From Octopus vulgaris (taxonomy: Eukaryota): DNA of 64,000 nucleotides. Numbering within the stretch: the first letter of the stretch is position 1; each line of letters starts with the position of its first letter. Location of the stretch: contig OX597819.1 in assembly GCA_951406725.2 (NCBI GenBank), positions 4,650,001-4,714,000 on the forward strand, given 5' to 3'. Made by a program: the position numbers and the translations under genes. The notes below the pieces were generated by a model that saw nothing but the letters and a program-made list of their open reading frames with translations, ran no database searches and had not been told where the DNA came from. Of the stretch, positions 1-11,208 are shown piece after piece.

Positions 1-393
1 ACAGTTTGTTTTCGTCCAGGTGCTTGTTCAGCCTTTGCGATATCACTGCAGTAAATGCCTTGAACATAGTAGGGAGGCAGGTTATTGGTCTGTAGTTTTC
101 TGGTTTTGTTGTTTCATTTGATTTGGGAATTAAGATGGTTTTCCCCTTCGTGAGCCATTCAGGCATTGTCTCTGGCTCTGCCAGTATGCTGTTAAAGTTT
201 TCAGCCAGCTTTTTGTGCATTCCTGTTAGATATTTCAACCAGAAGTTGGGGATCTTGTCATGCCCAGGTGCCTTCCAGTTGCTTAGTTTTTGCAGTGCCT
301 GGGTGACCTCTTCAGTTGTTATGGGGGTCCAAAGTTGTTCAGATGCCGAGTTTGTTATTTTGATACTCCTTTTTTTGGCTGTTCGTTCGCCGA

Positions 394-1638
394 TCATATT
401 TCTCTCCAGAATTCTTCCAATTCTTCTGCCGTTGGTGCTGCAGTGACTTCTATTTTATTTTTGCCCAGTTCTTGGTAGAACTTTTTGGGGTCGGAGTTGA
501 ACTTTTTGTTCTGTTCAAAGAAGCGTTGGCGTTTCTCGTACCGGCGGATCCTTTGAGCTTTGGCAAGGATATCTTGCTTCAGCTTTTCTTTTATCTCCGG
601 CAAATCTTTTTCTGTGATGTTATATTTGCGGAGCATTTTTGTTCTCTTTTTGTTGCTTAGTAGCGTTGCTTGTTTGCTGATTTCATTAAGAATCGACAGG
701 TCTTTTCTAATTTTTTTTATTTTGTTTTGGATGTTATTTATCCACAGGGTTTGTTTGGGTGGTGGTACTCCTGTTTGGGCGTGTTTGGGTGAGTATCCAG
801 CTTCTTTTGTGGCTGCAGTGGCTGCTGCGTATATCAAGTCATTTAGTTCAGTGATATCACTTTTTTTGGTTTCAGTGGCTAGTTCAGTGACGGCTAGGTT
901 TATGTTGTTTATAATTGGTGTTGTTATTGCGTTTATTTTTATTCTTGGGAGGTATGGTCGGTGGTCCATTTTGGGCTCTGTAGTTTTCAGTTCTTTGATT
1001 ATTTTATTTTTTATATTATCATAATCATTAGGCTCCCCTTCGTTGTTTACATTGTGTTTGTTGGGAATGTTGCGTTTGTCTTCGTGTTTTACAGTTTCAG
1101 TGTTTATATTATTGGGCATTGTTGTGTGGCTTCTATCTACATTTTCCTGGTGTATTTTTTCTTTTAAATGTTCTATTTCTATTTCTGATATTTTTTTGGC
1201 CTTGAGAATGTATCTTCGTACGTTAGCTAATTTATTAGGGTTCATTGCTGTATCCAAGTCTATATCTCTATTATTTTCCTTCCATATTTTATATGTATGT
1301 GTTGTTGTATTTTCATTTTGTGGGTAGTATGCGTGTAAGATAGAAATGTATTCCTCACGTGTCCATTTACGTCTTTTGGGTTTTAATTGCGGGACATGAG
1401 GTACAACGTCCGGCCCATTATTTTGACGGTCCTCATTTTCGTAGGGTACCGGTCCGTTTATTTCTGTTGTCACATTATTTCGCACGTGTAGTTTTTCGTA
1501 CATTTTTTGTTGTAAGTTTAATGTACGTACCGCTCGATTGTTATTCTTGGGTTGAATAGTATCGGTGGCATTTAATTTCTTCGTAGTTCCTTTGTACATG
1601 GTGTTTGAGGTCGGGGATGATCGTGTTGTTCCACGCAT
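394..1638 (-). pseudogene. N-terminal part of RLE retrotransposon ORF (414 aa, premature stop)
   Basis: ORF track; ends WREI-TGA where W is expected; RT motifs continue downstream in a shifted frame. Confidence 0.8.
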
Positions 1639-1843
1639 GTTTACATGTGTTGTGTTAGAGGTGGAGATAATATCGAGTCAAAATACATCATTTCGTTTCG
1701 AAAATAGTAATAAATTTCAATTCGTATTACTTACTCGGATATAGTCCAATTCTTTGTTAGTAAATCTTTGGCTCCATAGGGTGTCCTTGTTTTCGATGTT
1801 TGTGGATAGGTTTCGGAGCTCTGTATTTTCCTTCTTACATCTT

Positions 1844-1987
1844 AAACGTCCTCGGTGTCTCTCCTTCTTAAACGTCCCCGGTGTCTCTCCTCTTAAACGT
1901 CCCCGGTGTCTCTCCCGTCCCCGGTGTCTCTCCCGTCCCCGGTGTCTCTCCCGTCCCCGGTGTCTCTCCCCCCCCCGGTGTCTCTCC
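1844..1987. repeat. 18-26 bp G/C-rich tandem repeat (CGTCCCCGGTGTCTCTCC) at the 5' end of the RLE element
   Basis: About 7 copies visible directly. Confidence 0.9.
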
Positions 1988-2061
<74 letters not shown>

Positions 2062-2062
<1 letters not shown>

Positions 2063-2428
2063 CTTCTTAACACACTGTAGGTAAAAATGCACCGGAGTCT
2101 TTAGTCATCTGTGAAGTCACAACAGGGACCTCAGACAGATAATACTTTCCTTAAGATGTGCGCTGTGCCCAATAAGGCTGCTTTTTGCAAGACATCAATC
2201 TTGCATAGGATTTCCAGTTGCCTTAAGAAATCTTGAAGTTTCAATGGAATTGAGCCCAACGTTCCGATCACTACTGGTATCACTTTTACATTTCCCTCTC
2301 GCATTCCATACAGTCTTGCCATTTCCACTGTCAATTCGGAGTACTTGGTGATCTTTTCAACCTCTTTGCTCACAACGTTCATGTTATTTGGTATGGCTAC
2401 ATCAATGACCTGACAGTATTTGTCTCTC

Positions 2429-2429
<1 letters not shown>
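2062..2429 (-). mobile_element. 5'-truncated RLE retrotransposon 3' end (restriction-like endonuclease C-terminus + 3' UTR), (AAT)n tail
   Basis: CQVIDVAIP..KEVEKITKYSEL..VIPVVIGTLG..LQKAALLGTAHILRKVLSV*; tail at 1989-2061. Confidence 0.88.
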
Positions 2430-2512
<83 letters not shown>

Positions 2513-2514
<2 letters not shown>

Positions 2515-2592
2515 TATGAGTTTCTTTGCCCTAGGAGTCGGGAAGACACTCGGCAAGAAATGGAAGCAAATTTGAAAGAAGAAAAAAAAAGT
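2513..2592 (+). mobile_element. ~80-bp extreme 3' end of the RLE subfamily seen at 4187-5287
   Basis: ACTATGAGTTTCTTTGCCCTAGGAGTCGGGAAGACACTCGGCAAGAAATGGAAG.. matches 5207-5287; flanked by (AAT)n on both sides. Confidence 0.85.
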
Positions 2593-2599
2593 AATAATG

Positions 2600-2653
<54 letters not shown>

Positions 2654-2657
<4 letters not shown>

Positions 2658-3457
2658 TGAACGCCAAGACAGATTCAGAAGACCGGTGGCTATGGATGAA
2701 GAGGAATGACTTGAAGATAGAGAATAGAAGCACTCATATGCACAGTTCACGAACAAGCTTTAAGGACTATGTGAAGTGCAGAATCAACAACACTACCGAC
2801 AGCGACAAATGCAGAATGTGTGTGGGAGGGGTGAAACGGTACGGCACATCGTTGGCGAATACCCAAAATTGGCACTACGCGAATACAAAAGACGACATGA
2901 CAATATGGCAAGAATGATCCAGTGGAAGCTCTGTGGAAATCACGGCCTACAAAGAGCAATGGCGTGATATGAACAAACCCCAGAAAGAGTCACCGAAAAT
3001 GAAGATCGCAAAATCCTGTGGGATACAAGGATTTAGTGCGATCACCTGACCAGACATCGGAAATTGGACATTGTCGTGGTGAAAAAAAAAAGAAAGAACA
3101 TGCATGACAATCGTCATAGCATGACCCAGGGAAAAGAGAAAGAAGAAGAAAACCTGAATAAGTATGACGATTTGAAGTGGGAAATACGAAGGTTGTGGTC
3201 AATGAGGAGATTTGACGTGATACCAATAGTAACTGGCGCTTGGAAGTATCAGCATTCAATATCCAACATGGCTCAAAAGGATTGGTACAAATATAAAGGT
3301 AGAACACCTACAAAAATCAGCATTGCTTGGAACTGCAAGAATTTTTCACAGGGTTCTTGAAGCATAACCAATTAGCAAGTGTCGCCTTGGTCTGCTGGCT
3401 TTGGACAACTGATACTTTCCATCGTGCCCAGCAAAATAAGCTGAGAGTTTTCATCAA
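2654..3457 (+). mobile_element. Degenerate RLE retrotransposon 3' fragment (CCHC knuckle + endonuclease + 3' UTR)
   Basis: WLWMKRNDLK, DKCRMC..ETVRHIV..YKRRHD, KILWD, DIVVV, KYDDLKWEIRRLW, VIPIV across frameshifts; ends in (AAT)n. Confidence 0.85.
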
Positions 3458-3582
3458 ATAATAATAATAATAATTAAGTCTTATTTGCCAACGCAACCTT
3501 ACGCAAGACGATGTTACTACTTTTTAACCGCAGGAAAACATCTTTCAGAGCTGGCCACCAACACATGATCTGTGTCAGTATT

Positions 3583-4124
3583 AGTGGCTCTCATGGCTCT
3601 CATGGCTTCTGATCTTAACTGATTGGAAGTGTTATCATGTATACCGTTTTGTCTTGGTATAAAGGATGGGCTACAGCAAATATTCAGCTCAATATCACAG
3701 ATTTGTTTGTCAGTTGTTTGACCTTAACTAGTTGAACATGTCCCTTAGTGGCTGACAATATGTGCATCTCTTATCACGAACAGAAGTAGTGGAGGAGCAT
3801 CATAGCCATGTATTGAGAGAAATTCTTAGGGGTTTGGATAATTCGCCTTTGGAAACATGGGTGTTTCGTTCAACATCCTCAAACAAGCCTTATTTAGAGA
3901 CCTTTTGAGCGGGATAGGCTACCCAACCTGACGAAAATTCTAACTGGGCCCCACCGGCAAGGTCATGTGCTGTTTATCTTGATATGAGATCACCATATTG
4001 CACACATATGGTTGTGATAGATGTGCCTGGTGTACCCTTATCAGAAGGGTAGTCATGATGGGTATACTGGGCTTCGTATATTTACCCCATTGTCACTTTG
4101 ATGGCATGCACTGTTCTCTCACTC
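3583..4124 (+). mobile_element. ~550-bp non-coding (AAT)n-tailed interspersed repeat, copy 1
   Basis: Colinear with 5314-5869 along its length; followed by (AAT)n. Confidence 0.8.
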
Positions 4125-4186
<62 letters not shown>

Positions 4187-4187
<1 letters not shown>

Positions 4188-5287
4188 GAAAGAAGCTTCA
4201 TTCTATCATCAAGGAAAGCAAAAAATTTGCTATTGATCTCGTGCAGGATACCCAAACTGAACAACCCGAGGGAAGTACGGCAACTATTGTTGCAAAGAAG
4301 GCGAAAATGATGGCAATGAAAAAAGCGCACGAGCAATTGGCTGATAGGTGGGAGGAGAAACCTCTGCACGGCAAATATGTGACCCGCAGCAAACAAGCTG
4401 ATGTTGACCAGAAGCAAACCCATCAGTGGCTGCGGAGCTCAGGGCTAAAAGCAGAGAGCGAAGGTTTCATCCTGGCTGCTCAAGACCAAAGCCTATTAAC
4501 CCGGAACTACCAGGCCAATGTGATGAAAAGTGGAGCAGACCCAAAATGCCGATTCTGCAACGACATGATTGAAACAGTGGACCACCTAATCTCTGGATGT
4601 AAAGTCTTAGCACCAGTGGAATATAAATTAAGACATGACAGAGTTGGCCAATATCTCCACTGGCTAATAAGTCGGCATTACAATATCAAAACTGCCGACA
4701 AGTGGTATAATCACCACCCTGAGGCTGTAACTGAAGGAGAAAATGTAACCATTCTGTGGGACTTTCCAGTACATACAGACCGAACCATCAAGGCCAATAA
4801 ACCAGATATTGTTGTGAAAGACCAAAACAATAAAGTTTGCTTATTGATCGACATGAGCATCTCCTGTGATCATAATATCTCAGCGAAAGAGTTTGACAAG
4901 CTCAGAAAATATAAAGACCTACTCATTGAAATTGAGAAAATGTGGCATCTCAAGGCGGTTACAATACCAGTGATCGTAGGAGCACTAGGAATGATCAAGA
5001 AGGGAACCGAAAATTATATGAGAATGATCCCTGGCTTACCATCCCTGCAAGAAGTGCAAAAGATTGTCTTAACTGGTACATCACACGTATTGAGAAGAGC
5101 ATTGTCGATGTGAGAACTGTTGCTGCTCATGTATTTTAATTTAACTTAAAAAAAAAAAAAAAAATGAACGAACTACTGAGTTTGGTTTAATGGCCTACCA
5201 ATATACACTATGAGTTTCTTTGCCCTAGGAGTCGGGAAGACACTCGGCAAGAAATGGAAGAAAATTTGAAAGAAGAAAAAAAAAAGT
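4187..5287 (+). mobile_element. 5'-truncated R4/Dong-like RLE retrotransposon with intact C-terminal ORF
   Basis: Bounded by (AAT)n on both sides; contains ORF 4241-5113; 3' UTR with A-runs. Confidence 0.9.
4241..5113 (+). CDS. C-terminal fragment of RLE retrotransposon protein (CCHC zinc knuckle + PD-(D/E)xK endonuclease)
   Basis: HQWLRSSGLKAESEGFILAAQDQ, CRFC..ETVDHLISGC, RHD, ILWDF, KPDIVV..IDMSI..KLRKY, IPVIVGALG; 290 aa uninterrupted. Confidence 0.85.
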   Translation: MQDTQTEQPEGSTATIVAKKAKMMAMKKAHEQLADRWEEKPLHGKYVTRSKQADVDQKQTHQWLRSSGLKAESEGFILAAQDQSLLTRNYQANVMKSGADPKCRFCNDMIETVDHLISGCKVLAPVEYKLRHDRVGQYLHWLISRHYNIKTADKWYNHHPEAVTEGENVTILWDFPVHTDRTIKANKPDIVVKDQNNKVCLLIDMSISCDHNISAKEFDKLRKYKDLLIEIEKMWHLKAVTIPVIVGALGMIKKGTENYMRMIPGLPSLQEVQKIVLTGTSHVLRRALSM

Positions 5288-5313
5288 AATAATAATAATA
5301 ATAATAATAATAA

Positions 5314-5869
5314 ATGCCCTGATGCAGTACCAGGCAGTGGCTCTCATGGCTTCTGATCTTAACTGATTGGAAGTGTTATCCTGTACATTGTTTTGTCTTG
5401 GTATAAAAGATGGCCTACAGCAAATATTCTGCTCAATACCACAGATTTGCTTGTCAGTTGTTTGACCTTAACCAGTTGAGCATGTCCCTTAGTGGCTGAC
5501 GATATGTGCATCTCTGATCACGAGCAGAAGTAGTGGGGGAGCATCATAGCCATGTGTTGAGAAGGATTCTTTGGGGTTTGAATAATTCACCTCTGGAAAC
5601 ATGGGTGTTTCGTTCAACGTCCTTAAACAACCCTTATTCAGGGACCTTTTGAGCGGGATGGGTTACTCGATCTGAAGAAAATTCTAACTGGGCTCCACCT
5701 GCAAGGTCATGTGCTGTTTATCTTGATATGAGATCACCATGTCGCGCACATATGGTTGTGATGCATGTGCCTGGTGTACCCTTATCAGACGGGTAGTCAT
5801 GATGGGTATACTGGGCTTCGTATATTTTACCCCAGTGTCACTTTGATGGCATGCTCTGCTCGCTCACTC
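5314..5869 (+). mobile_element. ~550-bp non-coding (AAT)n-tailed interspersed repeat, copy 2
   Basis: Starts ATGCCCTGATGCAGTACCAGGCAG directly after (AAT)n, ends CACTC-(AAT)n. Confidence 0.8.
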
Positions 5870-5894
5870 AATAATAATAATAATAATAATAATA

Positions 5895-6058
5895 ATGCTT
5901 GTTTGCGGCATTTCGTCCGTCCTTACATTCTGAGTCCAAATTCCACCGAGGTCGACTTTGCCTTTTATCTTTTCGGGGTCGATAAATTAAGTACCAGTGA
6001 AACACTGGATCGACAAGTACCCTCCCCCAAAATTTCAGGCCTTATGCCTTTAATAGAA

Positions 6059-6133
<75 letters not shown>

Positions 6134-6138
6134 ATTAT
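5895..6138 (+). mobile_element. tRNA-derived SINE family A (partial) with (GAT)n/(ATT)n tail
   Basis: Core CCGAGGTCGACTTTGCCTTT..TTTCGGGGTCGATAAA shared by many copies in the window. Confidence 0.8.
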
Positions 6139-6170
6139 AGACGTCGCACAGTATACAATATCGTGAGGTT

Positions 6171-6315
6171 GTTGATTGAAGATAATGTGTTTACCTGGGA
6201 TTTGTACTGTTTGTCAAGTCACAACAAAGATTTTAGACAGACAGTACGTCTGATGTCCTTACTGTGACTTGACAAACAGTACAAATACCCGGCAGACACA
6301 ATATCTTCGATCAAC
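6171..6315. repeat. Imperfect palindrome made of two head-to-head RLE 3'-UTR-like pieces
   Basis: TGTGACTTGACAAACAGTACAAAT occurs on both strands; resembles the 3' UTR at 2062-2135(-). Confidence 0.65.
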
Positions 6316-7730
6316 TAATAATGTTTTTATTATTATTATTATTTTCATATGCACACAACAGATTAGACTATTAGAAAAGAAAAAAGTCCTAACAAGTAAT
6401 CTTAGATGCCAAAAACTCTCCTAAGTATCCTAGCCGTCCCTAATAACACTATCCATTTGTTCAGATCTTTAGGGATAATTCCCTATGAACCTATAACTAC
6501 TTGAAGGCATTTTACCCACACTGTCCATAGTCTCTGTAATTCAATGGCCATTTTCAGACAATCATAGATACAGTAAATGTTTTCAAAAGTGCTCTATGAA
6601 GATAAGCAACAGATTCGGTTCCAACACAAACGTAATCATCTGAAATGAAACCACCAAGTGGATCATCCCAGAATGCAAATGCAAAAATGCAAACGCATGC
6701 CCATTAGATCAGGCATGCAAAGTAAAATTGGTAATGTACGAAACCAGCACGCCAAAGCATACACTCTATTAGAAAAATCGCATAAACGTGTGTGAGAGAG
6801 CATCGAAAGTTAGATTTTACAAACATGAGTATTCTTAACACAATACTGACAAGAGGAATTCTACAACGCTAGCTAATCCCATCTAGAAAACAAAAGTCTG
6901 GAAAATCGATTATAGCATTATATAGAGGATCTTAGAATGATCGAAATCGTATGTAAACGGATCGAGAAAATGAGGTCATCGCACAGCAAAAAAGAGTACG
7001 TATCCTGCTTACTCAAGGAACTCCGGAAGTGGTCTAAATTTCAGGAAGAGGATATGCGCCAGGTGTCTCTTTAAAGATAAATCCATCCCGTCTGTATCTG
7101 GTTGCCCTGGGCCTTGTGAGTGAATTCAAGTAGATGAAAATGTACAGAATGTGTGTGTGTGCGTGTATGTGTGTGTGCGCGCGCGTACAACAATTTCAGT
7201 AAATTTTAAGTTACATATTTCTCAAGTTCACTAGAACGCTAATTAAATCCTTGCTGTTTGTCTGAGAATGCGCGCGCATGTGCGTTTCTTTGAAACGCAA
7301 ACATTGCTTCTCGCAGAGTAGCCACTGCACGTTGCTTTCCAAAGTTACTTCCTTTTCCCCTTTTGGGATTAATTTTCATGTACGCAAAAGAATTTTCTTT
7401 TCATTACAATTATAATCTCAATTGGTTATAATTTATTTTCATTCCCCCCGCCCCATAATGTACGGTAGTCAGCGCCTTAACTATGTATTTTCCATGTACA
7501 AAATACCCTTGGGATATTTTCTACTATCATTATTTTCATTTACCTTATTCAGTGAATTATTTCACACGATATAATCCATGAACTTGTTGTTAAGGATTGC
7601 CAGTTGTTAATGATCTATGCTTCATTTAAAAGTACTAATAATACCAAAACATGGCTGTAGTCGTTACCATAACTACAAGAAATCTAATTCGTTTAATGTT
7701 TTATATACGTTTAATATTTTACTCAATTTA

Positions 7731-8150
7731 AGGTGGCGAGCTTGCAGAATCGTTAACACGCCGGGCGAAATACTTAGCTGTATTTCGTCTGCCATTACGT
7801 TCTGAGTTCAAATTCCGCCGAGGTCGACTTAGCCTTTCGGGGTCGAAAATTAAGTACAAGTTACGCACTGGGGTTGATGTAATCGGCTTAATCCATTTGT
7901 CCGTCCTTGTTTGTCCCTTTTATGTTTAGCCCCTTGTGGGCAATAAAGAAATAGGGTGGCGAGCTGGCACAGCCGTTAGCAACATTTCGTCCGCCTTGAC
8001 ATTCTGAATTTAAATACCTCCGAGGTCGACTATACCTTTCATCCTTTCGGGACCGATGAAATCAGTACCAGTTGAGCATTGGGTTCCATATAATCGACTT
8101 AGCCCCTCCTCTGCACTTGCAGGGTCTGTGCCAAAATTTGTAACCAATAT
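7731..8150 (+). mobile_element. Two tandem SINE family A copies (7731-7953, 7954-8150) with different tails
   Basis: Two GGTGGCGAGCT heads, B-box-like GAGTTCAAATTCC, shared core. Confidence 0.85.
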
Positions 8151-8815
8151 TTTACTCGAGTCAAATTTCAGGTGTCCCTCTATTTTAGATTAATTTTCAT
8201 TAACGCTCTCTTCTCATTGCATGTACAAGTTATCACCACCTTTACACTGTAAGTATATGTTCTTTATTCAGAAAGTCTCCTCAGCAAATTTAACACCTTA
8301 TTAGAATGATATATTGCAAAATTTTTACCAGAGCAATTTACTTCCTAGGTTCCTGATTCGTTATACGAAATTGTTGTTCTTATTTTCTTTCACCGCATAT
8401 TCTCTTTGATAGAGGGAACCCATGGTTCAATGGGCTCCCTCTAACAAGCCGTCTGTTTTTAAATGAAGCGTAATATTTTGCAAAGTTTACATTCTTTCTT
8501 TGTTTTTTAGGTTTGAAAACATCTAGAAGATCACGGCTCCACCGACATTGGAATCAGCATTCTGATTAGTTTTGATGTGTTTCTATCCAAGAAAATTTTA
8601 GATTTCTTCAATTTGTTTCTCTTGAGAATATAGTGATAGACAGGAATCGATCGGGAAGAAGATTTTTGTTCTCCGTGACTATATTGTACACAGCCCTAAT
8701 ATATAACACTTGTTGCTACTTGTTCCTTTCCTCATTTCCCCTCATGCTACTTCTCCCCCTCTCTCATGCGTTTACTCTCTCCCTCTCTTTATATCTCCCT
8801 ATATGTATTTTAAAT

Positions 8816-9123
8816 TGGCACTCCGTCGGTTACGACGACGAGGGGTCCAGTTGATCCTGCTCACGAAATTACCGTGCACGCGGTTGAGCACTTCCCAGAC
8901 ACACGTACTTTTAATATAATTCCCAGGGAGATTCAGCATGACACAGCACGTGACAAGGCCGGCCTCTTGTATTACAAGTACAGTTCATTTATGTCAGCTG
9001 AGTGGACTGGAACAACGTGAAATAAAGTGTCTAAGACAAGGACACAACGCGCCTTCGGGAATTGAACTCACGTCCTTATGATCGTGAGCCGATTACCCTA
9101 ACCACTGAGCCACGCGCCTTCAC
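8816..9123 (-). mobile_element. tRNA-derived SINE, head D with tail T1
   Basis: Minus-strand head GAAGGCGCGTGGCTCAGTGGTTAGGG..GAGTTCAATTCCC; tail ..CCTCGTCGTCGTAACCGACGGAGTGC as at 33157-33350. Confidence 0.8.
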
Positions 9124-10154
9124 ACACTTATGTGCGTGTGTGCGTATGTATGTATATATATATTTCATTCACGCGATAATACTTCTACTTTTTCGAGTCT
9201 CCCGTATATAATGTATTGAGTATTAAATTGTGTTGAGATCTGCTCGATATCAGCCCGAGAATCCTTACACATACATACACACACATACATCCATGCACAC
9301 ACATACAAACACATACACATACACATATACACACACGCACATATATAATTTTTTATTGGAGTAGTGTATCTCGAAGTACACATAAAGCTATAAATACTAG
9401 CTTGTAAATATTAGGTTGAAAAACCCTTTTTGGATAGAAAATTCAAAGGCTGCCCGTGGAACCCACATCTCCTGTATATATGACAGGCATTCTACCACTG
9501 GACCATAGCAATTCGACTTTTTCTACCCAAAATTATCTCCCAAAAGATAATTATTGCACGTTCTCTCGAAAGTTTATAAAATTCTTTTGACGTCAACAAT
9601 GTGTGTGTGTGAGAGAGAGAGCGTGTGTGTGTGTGTGTGTGTGTGAGTGTGTGTGTGTGAGAGAGAGAGTGTGTGTGCACGTGTGTGTGACTGCACGTAT
9701 GTGTGTGTACGTGTGTGTATCCTTGTCTCTTAGTGCATTAATACACACATATACATATACACTCACAGATTATAAATCAACAAAAAATATATTGTGACTA
9801 TTTTCCAATGACAATTTAGTAGATGTTTAACATAAAATATACATATGATGCAATAGTTAGTACAATAATAATTGCATGTAATTTATGATAATAATCTGTG
9901 CAATGTTATGTAAGACTCAGAAAGTACAATAATTACAAACTTAGAACAAGGCCACAGAAACGATTTCTAAATATGGATGCAACGTCATAGAACGCAATAA
10001 TGATTTGTAAATATGCTTAGAACGACATAGACTGTATTACTGGTTTGTATTTAACTATGAGCAGAGCGTTCTGCCTATAGTTGGATCTATGATGCTCTGT
10101 TCTATTTCCCGAGTCACAACAAAAAAGTGTGTTTAATACTTATTGTAGAATAAA

Positions 10155-10353
10155 ACGGTGAGCTGGCAGAATCGTTAGCACGCCAGGCAAGATGCTTAAA
10201 GTCATTTCGTCCGTCTTCGTATTCTGCCGAGATCGACTTTGTCTTTCGTCCTTTCGGGGTCGATGAAATAAGTACCAGTTGAATACTGTGTTGGATGTAA
10301 CCGACTTACCTCTCCGCTAAAATTGATAGCCCTATGCCAAAGTTTGAAACCAG
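10155..10353 (+). mobile_element. SINE family A copy
   Basis: CGGTGAGCTGGCAGAATCGTTAGCACGCC head and core. Confidence 0.8.
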
Positions 10354-10494
10354 TACATACTGTAGAATGTATAGATAGGTAGTAGATATTCATACTATGT
10401 TTTATCTATTTTTGTTGAGTCAGCCTCTTTCTAATCTGAGTTTTGTCTGTGGGCAAGGTCTACAGGTAAGCCTGAATACATATATATATATATA

Positions 10495-10694
10495 AAGTTA
10501 ATCCAAACATGAAAACACACAGAGAAAACACAACAACGCGAGGACGTGGAACAAGTATAGTATTATTGGACACTCAGGAAAGAAGCGGGGTTTAACGTTT
10601 CGAGCGGAGCTCTTCGTCAGAAACATAGAAAAAGGAAAGATCTAAAGTAGGGAAGACGGAGGGGAAAAATCGCCAGCGGTACACACGAGGTCAC

Positions 10695-10695
<1 letters not shown>
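10495..10695 (-). mobile_element. Penelope-like terminal fragment between (TA)n tracts, carrying a hammerhead motif
   Basis: Hammerhead at 10590-10624; TA flanks. Confidence 0.55.
10590..10624 (-). ncRNA. Minimal type I hammerhead ribozyme motif
   Basis: gttt-CTGACGA-a-gagc(tcc)gctc-GAAA-cgtt-aaac: core boxes, stem I, stem II, palindromic AACGTT stem III. Confidence 0.75.
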
Positions 10696-10727
<32 letters not shown>

Positions 10728-10734
10728 CGTGTGT

Positions 10735-11023
10735 GTGGAGGCGCAATGGCCTAGTGGTTCGGGCAGCGGACTCGCGGTTTCGATTCCCAGACCGGGCGTT
10801 GTGAGTGTTTATTGAGGGAAAACACCTAAAAAGCTCCACGAGGCTCCGGCAGGGATGGTGGTGATCCCTGCTGTACTCTTTCACCACAACTTTCTCTCAC
10901 TCTTTCTTCTGTTGGCCTGCTCGCTTAGCCAGCGGGGTGGCGTCATTCAAAGGCTAAAACAATGCGAACGCATTGTGACCAGCGATGTGTACCAACATCT
11001 GATGGTCTGGTCGGTCACGTGAT

Positions 11024-11030
<7 letters not shown>
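10735..11030 (+). mobile_element. tRNA-derived SINE, head C
   Basis: GTGGAGGCGCAATGGCCTAGTGGTT..GGTTTCGATTCCCAGACCGGG; homologous to 23014 and 33536. Confidence 0.85.
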
Positions 11031-11081
<51 letters not shown>

Positions 11082-11208
11082 ATCATTTATTAACTTGTTT
11101 CAGTCATTTGACTACAGCCATACTGGAGCACCGCCTTAAAAGGTTTTATTCTTTGTAGGCCTAGTACTTGACCTATATGTCTTTTTGCCGAACCGCTAAG
11201 CTACGAAG

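Larger units (their letters stand above)
1..1988 (-). mobile_element. R4/Dong-like RLE non-LTR retrotransposon, 5' portion (5' UTR, N-terminal domain, start of RT), running off the window edge; disrupted
   Basis: ORF 394-1638(-) has RRKWTREE..ILHAYY and KAQRIRRYEKRQRFFEQNKKF..DPKKFY motifs. After TGA at 394-396 and a frameshift, the minus strand reads LSNWKAPGHDKIPNFWLK...TKGKTILIPK...PENYRPITCLPTMFK (RT start). The 5' end abuts (AAT)n at 1989-2061. Confidence 0.88.

Noticed and set aside
8490-8570. Polypyrimidine tract + AG suggesting a host exon at 8511
   Set aside because: All frames stop within 20 codons; no recognisable protein or partner exon
10735-10810. tRNA genes at SINE heads (also 22000-22068 and 33465-33536)
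   Set aside because: A/B-box-like heads continue into SINE bodies; no complete cloverleaf or terminator
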